Below the pieces are notes generated by a model that did no database searches, was not told where the DNA came from, and saw only the letters and a list, made by a program, of their open reading frames with translations. From an uncultured virus (IMG/VR IMGVR_UViG_3300032030_000052) (lineage: Duplodnaviria; Heunggongvirae; Uroviricota; Caudoviricetes), in the IMG/VR virus record IMGVR_UViG_3300032030_000052: DNA of 64,000 bases; one strand, written 5' to 3'. The stretch's first letter is position 1. Each line of letters opens with the position of its first letter. Positions 57,264 to 64,000 of this stretch are shown in pieces. Position numbers and translations under genes: made by a program.

Positions 57264-57695
57264 TCACTTCTTTTCCTTGGTTTCCTCTTTGGAATCCTCT
57301 TTGTTCTCCTGAACATTTGCCTCGGTCTGGGGCTTCTCCTCGCTGCCATCTGCCGTGGTGCCGTCCGCTGCCGCGAAGTATGCCTTCATACGCTCATCGA
57401 CCGCCTTATCGATCATTGCCTGCATCTCGAGCTGCTTCTTTTCCTTGCGCTTATTGACTGCCTTCGTAACCGGCTTGAATGCGACTGCCGCCGCAATACC
57501 GCCGATAAAGAGAACTGTCTTCAGCACGGAATGCTTGCCATTCGGTGCCGGTGCTGCTTCGATAGCCGCCGGTACAACGTCCTGAACAATTTCCTTCGCT
57601 ACTTCGGGAACCGTCTCCTCGACAATAGCCTGCGTTGCCGGAGCAATAGCCTCAACAACCTCTTCTGTCATTGTGTTCATGATTTCGTTTTCCAT
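57264..57695 (-). CDS. cassette-borne membrane protein
   Basis: Promoter motif 57738-57762; TM segment; terminator 57218-57252. Confidence 0.7.
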   Translation of the reverse strand: MENEIMNTMTEEVVEAIAPATQAIVEETVPEVAKEIVQDVVPAAIEAAPAPNGKHSVLKTVLFIGGIAAAVAFKPVTKAVNKRKEKKQLEMQAMIDKAVDERMKAYFAAADGTTADGSEEKPQTEANVQENKEDSKEETKEKK

Positions 57696-57766
57696 AATGA
57701 TTCTCCTTTTCGAAAATATTTTTGTGGGATGTCTTCCCATAATACACTTTGTGATTTTCGCGTACC

Positions 57767-58606
57767 TTACCGAATATAATCAGGCTCGCGATGGCGTTTG
57801 AATGACATTACATAACAAGGCGTCCCGTCTTCCCAGTGATCTTGTTCGAACGGAACGCCATCGACATCTACGTCAAACTCAATACCTCCAGCATCTGCTG
57901 TCCATCCCATCATTGGGGATACAGCCGTGTGTCTGAGTTTCGGATAGACACCTTGCTCATTAAGCTCATCATACAGATCTGATATTGTGATGTAAGGTTC
58001 CAGACCGGTGAATAACCTCTTATTGAGCTTCACTTCAGCTTTTTCGAGCATCTGTACGCTCGCGTAGAATGGTGTGTTAGATAGCGGATCCCAAAACGGA
58101 TGAACGCCTGCAATATTCGACGGCGGTAACTTGGAAACAGCTTCCTGTACCATAGGACTCCTCGCCACATCTCTGTTGACTTCAGATTTGATCTCATCTG
58201 CTTTCTCCTTGCCGAGGACTTCCTCGTTCTTTTCTTCCATTCTCTTGATGATGCCTCTGGAAATAGCAAGAGCAGCGGCAGTCTCAGCATATTGGTCGGA
58301 TCTTGCTTTCATGCCCTTGGCTACACACAGTACACCGGTACCAAAAGCAATCGCAGGTGCAACAAACGGTTTCCATCCTGCTTTTACAGTTTCGACTACT
58401 GTGAGCGAATCCTCTTTTTCATCTTCAGCTTCGATAATGAGTTCTTCTGCTTTCGGTGTCGCTCTAACTGCCAGAACGATGGCTGTTGCGAAGCTTAGAA
58501 CTCCGAAACCGACAAGGAGCTCTGGACCCCGTTTTGTCAACGTCGTAGAAGCTACATCAGCAACCGATTTTGTGATTCTCTTAAAGAATCCTTGAAAATT
58601 CACCAT
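57767..58606 (-). CDS. DUF6353-like protein
   Basis: GPELLVG.G....A..LAV.ATPKA. Confidence 0.75.
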   Translation of the reverse strand: MVNFQGFFKRITKSVADVASTTLTKRGPELLVGFGVLSFATAIVLAVRATPKAEELIIEAEDEKEDSLTVVETVKAGWKPFVAPAIAFGTGVLCVAKGMKARSDQYAETAAALAISRGIIKRMEEKNEEVLGKEKADEIKSEVNRDVARSPMVQEAVSKLPPSNIAGVHPFWDPLSNTPFYASVQMLEKAEVKLNKRLFTGLEPYITISDLYDELNEQGVYPKLRHTAVSPMMGWTADAGGIEFDVDVDGVPFEQDHWEDGTPCYVMSFKRHREPDYIR

Positions 58607-58617
58607 TATCACTCCTT

Positions 58618-58929
58618 TCAACTGGTGAGAATTAAATCAATAATGTCCTCTACTGCCGCTAAAGATATACTAAAAACATAATCGTTAGTACATCCAGTGT
58701 GCGCCCATTCGTCAAATCTAGTGAGCATGTGCTCAAGGACATTCAATGGCGTATCATGAGACCGGTATACCTCCCTATACGCAGCCTTGATAGCAAAACT
58801 ATAAAGGTAGTTCTTTTCGTCCGAAAAGTATGGATTAGAATGGTGCTTATAGTATTCTGATATTATATCAAGAACATGCCTTTTAGCCGCAATGTATGCC
58901 TTATTATTCCTGCTAGTTCGTTCGGACAT
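58618..58929 (-). CDS. hypothetical protein
   Basis: ORF with GAAAGGAG RBS. Confidence 0.6.
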   Translation of the reverse strand: MSERTSRNNKAYIAAKRHVLDIISEYYKHHSNPYFSDEKNYLYSFAIKAAYREVYRSHDTPLNVLEHMLTRFDEWAHTGCTNDYVFSISLAAVEDIIDLILTS

Positions 58930-58967
58930 TGGGCCTCTTCTCCTTTCGAAAAATGAAAAGCGGTCCC

Positions 58968-59147
58968 TTAGGAACCGCCCTTCGTAGCTTTTATGGTTTG
59001 CTTCGCGATCTCTTCTCTGACCGCATCCTGAATCTCGATCGTGTTTCTCTTATTGTCAACGATCGAACCGATCAGTTGTGCTACCAATCCGGCAATCATC
59101 GCTCCTTTTGAAACATAATCGAGAATCCGCTTGGTCTTGGTATCCAT
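58968..59147 (-). CDS. cassette-borne 59-aa protein
   Basis: Read manually (MDTKTKRILDYVSKGAMIAGLVAQLIG...); promoter motif 59165-59189; AGGAGG RBS. Confidence 0.6.
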   Translation of the reverse strand: MDTKTKRILDYVSKGAMIAGLVAQLIGSIVDNKRNTIEIQDAVREEIAKQTIKATKGGS

Positions 59148-59195
59148 AAGCTAAACCTCCTTTCCATTATAGTCCTTGCGATTCGTGCGGAGTTG

Positions 59196-60047
59196 TCAAA
59201 AAGGAATGGTCTTGTCTGACAAGACATCTTCGATGGTGTATGGATTGCCATCATCGTCATAATATCGGTCATCAAGAGGGTCGTAATTCAGGTAATCCGG
59301 TATTGGAGAAGTGGTCGTCGAGATGACGAGTGCTTCCATACCATCTCCGAGATCGACCGGATCGCTAATATTGAAGTCAATCCATGTGAAATCGTCGCAT
59401 AACACCCATCCTCTGGTATCATGCTTCTTGTTCTTGATACCGAGAAAATTACACCACATGTCGACATCGACTTCTGGATGTCCCATGGTGAAGTTTCTGT
59501 TCAGAGCATTGATAGCATCATAGACCTGAGCGAGCGTCGATGTGAAATACGTCTCGGTAATATCATCGTAAAACAGAAACTCCTCTTTGCTAAGCTTGCT
59601 ATTAAGTGACGTCATCTCGCACATCGATTCAGCGCAGATGTTCGACTGTTCTGCTTTCTCAACAGCGAGTTTCTGCATCACCTTATCGTCAGCTTCTTTG
59701 CCGTTTACTTCGATATTGGCTTTACGGTAATCGTCATATTTCTTGGCAATACCAGCAGCACCGGCGCCAAGAACAGCGATGTGCTTCTTGTCGATTTTGC
59801 GAGAACCCACGATACAGGCAACGGTTCCGACCGCAGCCACAGCAGCACCTGCGAGTGGTTTAGCCGAAGCCTGAATCTTTTCGAATGTCGTAAGCTCATC
59901 GCGCTTTTCTTCGGTCCATTCTTTGATAGTCTCCTGAGCTTTGATGGTTCCTTTATAAGTAAGAATAGCGGTTAAAGCTACACCGACGCAAGCAGCCATC
60001 GATAAAATGCCGGATGCGTTTTTAGATAGCCATTTTGAAATGTTCAT
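59196..60047 (-). CDS. DUF6353-like protein
   Basis: KNASGILS..A..GV..TA.L...T.KA. Confidence 0.75.
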   Translation of the reverse strand: MNISKWLSKNASGILSMAACVGVALTAILTYKGTIKAQETIKEWTEEKRDELTTFEKIQASAKPLAGAAVAAVGTVACIVGSRKIDKKHIAVLGAGAAGIAKKYDDYRKANIEVNGKEADDKVMQKLAVEKAEQSNICAESMCEMTSLNSKLSKEEFLFYDDITETYFTSTLAQVYDAINALNRNFTMGHPEVDVDMWCNFLGIKNKKHDTRGWVLCDDFTWIDFNISDPVDLGDGMEALVISTTTSPIPDYLNYDPLDDRYYDDDGNPYTIEDVLSDKTIPF

Positions 60048-60107
60048 ACCTTTCTCCTTTCGCGAATACAAGAGTCAAGAGGAGTTGCAACAACCCCTCT
60101 CGAGTCT

Positions 60108-60326
60108 TTAGGTCAATTTCTCGTCAATGAACTTCTCAAGGTCATCCTTTTGAACGTCCGCATTGACTTCCAGATGCAGATGAGCCATATCACCATCATC
60201 TACGGACACATACACGCTCCCGATATCGACATTTACGTCGTAACCGAGCTGCTTCTTGATGTACCGCATGATGTACTTGCTCACCAATCTAGTCAGCCAT
60301 TTGCTTCGGATTTTCATTTCGTCCAT
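60108..60326 (-). CDS. conserved small phage protein
   Basis: MDEMKI.S...K.LGYDV...HLHL; promoter motif 60361-60385. Confidence 0.7.
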   Translation of the reverse strand: MDEMKIRSKWLTRLVSKYIMRYIKKQLGYDVNVDIGSVYVSVDDGDMAHLHLEVNADVQKDDLEKFIDEKLT

Positions 60327-60395
60327 ACCTTTCTCCTTTCAGAATTGACGGATTTTCTTCCATTATATAGGGTGCAAAATGCGCGGAAAGAAAAA

Positions 60396-60470
60396 GAAAC
60401 AGTGTTGGAATCGAACCAACGTCCTCTATCGTTTCTGATAGTGCTCCAACCTTGCTGAGCTAACTGTCTC
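60396..60470 (-). ncRNA. tRNA-like RNA B (cloverleaf, 6-nt anticodon loop AGAAAC, no CCA)
   Basis: AGACAGT-TA-GCTC/GAGC-A-CTATC/GATAG-AGGAC-GTTGG-TTCGATT-CCAAC-ACTGTTT then T-run; promoter motif 60472-60496. Confidence 0.8.
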
Positions 60471-60518
60471 TCATAATATGATTTGTAAATTTCGCGTAAG
60501 AAAAAGAAAAGGAGCCCC

Positions 60519-60737
60519 TCAGGACTCCTCCTCACCGTTGGCAATCACGATCTTGATAGTTTTGGTTTTCTTCTTGTCTTTCTTAAACACGCCTTTAACG
60601 CCGTCGATCTTGTTGTCGATCCATTCCTTTGCTTCGGGGTGCCGATGTAATACAGCATTGGTCGCCGCCACCCCGGTAGCAATGGTAAGAATCCACATCC
60701 TCAGTTCGTGTGCTGCCTGAACATGCTTATACTTCAT
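60519..60737 (-). CDS. cassette-borne small membrane protein
   Basis: MKYKHVQAAHELRMWIL...; promoter motif 60779-60803. Confidence 0.65.
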   Translation of the reverse strand: MKYKHVQAAHELRMWILTIATGVAATNAVLHRHPEAKEWIDNKIDGVKGVFKKDKKKTKTIKIVIANGEEES

Positions 60738-60870
60738 AACAATTACCTCCAAATATAATTTTTGATCGGGATCGTTCCCATTATACAGGGTGTAAATAAT
60801 GCGCAAAAGAAAAATAATAAGCAGTGATTCATTCGATTCCATTATGTGCTTTCTGCACCCGCTTAAACCC

Positions 60871-60946
60871 AAGAAGATATGTGGGAATCGAACCCACGAC
60901 CTCAAGCGTTTCAGCTTGTGTGCTCCCATTGCACCTCTATCTTCTC
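60871..60946 (-). ncRNA. tRNA-like RNA C (cloverleaf, 6-nt anticodon loop TGAAAC, no CCA)
   Basis: AGAAGATA/TATCTTCT, GTGC/GCAC, CAAGC/GCTTG, AGGTC, GTGGG-TTCGATT-CCCAC; promoter motif 60946-60970. Confidence 0.8.
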
Positions 60947-61021
60947 ATAATAAGCGTTGCAAATTTCGCGCAAAAGAAAAAAGCCAATGCGATCGTCACC
61001 GCACAGGCTCAATTCTGTTAA

Positions 61022-61264
61022 TCAGTCTTCGTCATCATAAACGTCTTCGTAATCCTCGGTATCGGGTACGCCCGCGATTTCTGTGATACGACGCATCTCC
61101 ACTTCTGATGAATCTTCTCCATACTCAAGTGTAGGGCAGCCATAACCACATTCCTCGCAGATGAGTGAATCTTTCCACTTCTCATCCTCGAATACCATGG
61201 GGTTACCACACTCAGGACAAGGATACTTACCTGTCCTTAGCGCTTCTTTCAGTTTATCATTCAT
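61022..61264 (-). CDS. zinc-ribbon protein with acidic tail
   Basis: CPEC...CEEC. Confidence 0.7.
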   Translation of the reverse strand: MNDKLKEALRTGKYPCPECGNPMVFEDEKWKDSLICEECGYGCPTLEYGEDSSEVEMRRITEIAGVPDTEDYEDVYDDED

Positions 61265-61296
61265 ACTGATTACTCCTTTCGTGCTAGGTTATAGAT

Positions 61297-61325
61297 AGTA
61301 TATCATAACCATTTTGAATTGTCAA
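61297..61325 (-). promoter_or_regulatory. sigma70/sigmaA-type promoter
   Basis: TTGACA-N17-TATACT upstream of 61264. Confidence 0.75.
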
Positions 61326-61394
61326 GGATAATCAGAGCTCTTTTCTCCTCATAATATTCGATGCGAAAATGGCGCAAAAAAGGAAGAGCTCTTG

Positions 61395-61727
61395 TCAGAG
61401 CTCCCCAATTGTAAGTTGATCCATCCTTTCAATTCCGATTTTAACCATGTATTCAGATATTTCTGCTATCATTTCTTGTGGAATTTTACTGAGTGCGTCA
61501 TATCCGTACTTCTTCTTTACATTACGGCGAACGTAATCTCTAAAATATGCCATTCTGCTTTCATCTAATACACCCTTATTGTGTATTGAAGTTTTCTTGA
61601 ATACTTTAGATGCTGCGTACCGCCATAACTCTGCCCATACGTCTTGAGCCCACTTGGCTTGTCCTCCGATCTTGATAACTCTGTATCCGTTATTTTCAAG
61701 TTCAGTTTTCATCTCTTCTAGTGTCAT
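61395..61727 (-). CDS. cassette-borne hypothetical protein
   Basis: Promoter motif 61742-61766; AGGAGG RBS. Confidence 0.65.
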   Translation of the reverse strand: MTLEEMKTELENNGYRVIKIGGQAKWAQDVWAELWRYAASKVFKKTSIHNKGVLDESRMAYFRDYVRRNVKKKYGYDALSKIPQEMIAEISEYMVKIGIERMDQLTIGEL

Positions 61728-61817
61728 ATAGACCACCTCCTCATTACATACTATGTATTTTTAGCGCAAAAAGGAAAAGCCCACGTATAACACGCGAGCG
61801 ATTCCTTTTGACGAACC

Positions 61818-62432
61818 TCACTTCTTCGTAGGTTTCAGTTTCCCGATGAATGTTCTCAGTGTTCCGGATGTGAATGCTCCGGTCTGCTCGAATTTCAGTC
61901 CTTCCTTGATCCATTCGCCATAGAATAACACCGGTACCACGATGCCTGCGGTCTCTACTGCGGTTTTGAGTACCGCTCCGCAAACGTCAAGTCCGACTCT
62001 GACCCAGCCTTCAGATTTCTCATGCTTAAGACGCTTAACCTCAACTTCGTTCTTCTGTCTCTCGATATCCAACCGCTCTCGTTCGATAGCGAGCCGCTCT
62101 TTCTCGATTTCGTCCCGTGCCTTTTCGGCATCGACCTTGTTTTGATCGATATCGGCACGGCGCTTATCAAGCTCCAAGCGATCGCTGTCGAGTTTCAAAC
62201 GATCCTCTTCGAGACGAATCTTTGCTTCATTGAGCTCTTTTTCGTCTTTAGCAGCATCTGCTTTTGCGTCAGCATCGACGTCCGTTACGTAATGTGTAAC
62301 TCTCTCCTTGTAGAGTTTCGCAAGTCCTTCGATGGCCCGGGCATATTCCGGTTTCTCCGGATCGAGGTTTTTGATCTTCAATACCTCCCGTTTGATTTCC
62401 TCATCCATTACGTCAGTAAGATCAACCATCAT
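61818..62432 (-). CDS. coiled-coil protein with C-terminal hydrophobic segment
   Basis: Heptad-like ERL repeats; GLKFEQTG; promoter motif 62474-62498. Confidence 0.7.
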   Translation of the reverse strand: MMVDLTDVMDEEIKREVLKIKNLDPEKPEYARAIEGLAKLYKERVTHYVTDVDADAKADAAKDEKELNEAKIRLEEDRLKLDSDRLELDKRRADIDQNKVDAEKARDEIEKERLAIERERLDIERQKNEVEVKRLKHEKSEGWVRVGLDVCGAVLKTAVETAGIVVPVLFYGEWIKEGLKFEQTGAFTSGTLRTFIGKLKPTKK

Positions 62433-62487
62433 TGCCTTTTTTCTCCTTTCGAAAATTTAGTGAGCTTTCGCTCCATTATAGCGTACG

Positions 62488-62718
62488 TTATTCTCGCGTG
62501 ATGGGTGTGAGATCTACCTTCAGCAAGATCTCGTCCTGTCCAAGGATGTATTGGACTGGGATTCCGTCCGACAGCTCCATGAACAAATAGGGCTCGCCTG
62601 TGGAGTTGTCCATACGAAGCTTACCGACTCGCCTATGCTTGTGGCTGCCGGTTAAGAACGCTCCGACACACGATCCGCCAAGGACAAAACCGATCACGAA
62701 AAACAGAATCTTAACCAT
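62488..62718 (-). CDS. small membrane protein
   Basis: TM then VGKLRMD...EPYLFMEL. Confidence 0.65.
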   Translation of the reverse strand: MVKILFFVIGFVLGGSCVGAFLTGSHKHRRVGKLRMDNSTGEPYLFMELSDGIPVQYILGQDEILLKVDLTPITRE

Positions 62719-62799
62719 AGGATATATCACCTCCTTTACAATTCTACCATGATTTTTGGGTTGCGTCGTGATGACTTTAGAAAAAGGAAAGAGACCCCG

Positions 62800-63042
62800 T
62801 TACAGGGTCTCGATACCTTTCTTGTAGTCTCTTAATGATTGCTTTGCTCGAAGATACATGAGTTTTGTGTCGATGATTTGCTCTGTATGATGGAGAGAAC
62901 GCAGTAACAACGACACAGCGTATGCCGAAACACCATAGTTTACTGATCTAAGCGCTTCGTTTCGCTCTTCGTCGATTTGTCTCTTCTCCATGTTTAATCT
63001 GATCTCTTCGCAAATATCTTTGATCTCCTTCGTGGTTTTCAT
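62800..63042 (-). CDS. cassette-borne hypothetical protein
   Basis: Promoter variant 63057-63081; terminator 62781-62811. Confidence 0.65.
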   Translation of the reverse strand: MKTTKEIKDICEEIRLNMEKRQIDEERNEALRSVNYGVSAYAVSLLLRSLHHTEQIIDTKLMYLRAKQSLRDYKKGIETL

Positions 63043-63121
63043 ATAAGACCACCTCCCATTACAGAGGTTGTAGATTATGTGAAAAGGAAAGAGACTCCGC
63101 AGAGCCTCAGTCCATTTTTTG

Positions 63122-63325
63122 TTATGCTATTTTGTATTCGTATTTAACTTCGAATGGGATGTCTTCTGATGTCACAACAACATCGCTCTTTAATTCATCA
63201 AGCAGGAAAATGAAATCCAAGATATATTCGGCGGCGTCTTCGTCCGTATCGAACGATTTCACCCAGTCATATATCGGAACATCTTTTCCTTCGGTTTTTG
63301 CGAAAGCGACAAAATTGTACAACAT
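63122..63325 (-). CDS. cassette-borne hypothetical protein
   Basis: MLYNF start; promoter motif 63341-63365. Confidence 0.65.
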   Translation of the reverse strand: MLYNFVAFAKTEGKDVPIYDWVKSFDTDEDAAEYILDFIFLLDELKSDVVVTSEDIPFEVKYEYKIA

Positions 63326-63402
63326 ATTTATCCCTCCTTTCATAATGGAAGGAGCAAATATCGCGTAAAAAGGAAAGAGACTCCGTAGAGCCTCTCGCCT
63401 AT

Positions 63403-63675
63403 TCAGAAATAAAATCCACATGTATCATACAATAATTTTTCGATACGTAACTTGAGCATCGGATCTCTTTCTGCCAATCCATCGAGAACTGCGCAAATCG
63501 CAATGCAAGTACACTTCGTAATTGGCGTGCGCCCACTTTCCATGTTGTTTATGGACTGTCTGGTAACACCAATCAGATTGCCAAATTGCTCTGCGCTAAG
63601 ATTTGCGTATCCTCTGATTTCTTGCAGTCGATCCTTAAGTAAGTCATGTACGCTTTCGTTATATGGTAGTAACAT
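63403..63675 (-). CDS. XRE-family HTH regulator (cassette-borne)
   Basis: LQEIRGYANLSAEQFGNLIGVTRQSINNMESG; promoter motif 63689-63713. Confidence 0.8.
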   Translation of the reverse strand: MLLPYNESVHDLLKDRLQEIRGYANLSAEQFGNLIGVTRQSINNMESGRTPITKCTCIAICAVLDGLAERDPMLKLRIEKLLYDTCGFYF

Positions 63676-63729
63676 ATAGACCACCTCCCATTACATAGGT
63701 TGCAGATTATGCGAAAAGAAGAGGCGCTG

Positions 63730-63954
63730 TTAAGCAACCTCTTCTATAGACAGCGAATACTCAACCTCATTGATAACAAAGACGATCGCCACCATGATAT
63801 TGTCGTCGTTATACTGCGGATGATATCCGTCGGGATCATAATGATAAAAATATAATTCATCAAATCGATCTCGCATGAAATCTTCCGCAGCATCTATGGT
63901 CTGAAACCCACCATATGATGTCTCCGTCTTTGTATCGAATACCGTGTAAGTCAT
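63730..63954 (-). CDS. cassette-borne hypothetical protein
   Basis: Promoter motif 63970-63994; AGGAGG RBS. Confidence 0.65.
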   Translation of the reverse strand: MTYTVFDTKTETSYGGFQTIDAAEDFMRDRFDELYFYHYDPDGYHPQYNDDNIMVAIVFVINEVEYSLSIEEVA

Positions 63955-64000
63955 AGTATCCCTCCTTTCTATAATGGAAGGAGTTATTCTCGCGCACGAT

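Larger units (their letters stand above)
14402..63994. promoter_or_regulatory. dispersed 25-bp phage promoter-like motif, about 23 copies
   Basis: Copies (left coordinate) at 14402, 17318, 17752(+), 23560, 28911, 37930, 43652, 43932, 44688, 49435, 57738, 59165, 60361, 60472, 60779, 60946, 61350, 61742, 62474, 63057, 63341, 63689, 63970; all minus except 17752. Confidence 0.85.

Noticed and set aside
62741..62765. Additional copy of the 25-bp motif
   Set aside because: It has CGC, but the spacing and 3' end (TGGTAGAAT) fit an extended -10 better, so it was not counted.
57218..63994. CRISPR array or mini-array
   Set aside because: The repeats are degenerate promoter and terminator motifs separated by genes of variable length, not constant repeats with 30-40 nt spacers.

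Overview
This window is about 64 kb of a tailed dsDNA phage (siphovirus-type). The host is probably a gut or rumen Firmicute, inferred from strong AGGAGG ribosome-binding sites. Nearly all real genes lie on the minus strand. From left to right the window holds: tape measure and tail genes, a fused prohead-protease/major-capsid gene with a likely -1 frameshift extension, portal, terminase, six proteins sharing an N-terminal LxHFNPxH motif, a tRNA(CAT) plus a truncated copy, HNH and small terminase, and a likely genome-end region. Next come a 957-aa protein with the two-barrel RNA polymerase DFDGD motif, nucleases, an AT-rich origin-like region, a long run of small accessory genes, a SNF2 helicase, SSB, a 1408-aa helicase-primase-PolB fusion, and an array of promoter-gene-terminator cassettes. 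The most striking feature is a candidate phage-specific transcription and RNA system. A 25-bp motif (CGC-N7-RCW-N5-TATAATG-like) recurs about 23 times and heads both small genes and ORF-free short RNAs. Three of those RNAs are tRNA-shaped but have non-canonical GAAA/GTAA-containing anticodon loops and no CCA. A separate hairpin RNA near the genome end is antisense (28/29 nt) to the RBS of the dCMP deaminase gene. All functional calls are from motif recognition by eye; no database searches or folding programs were run.
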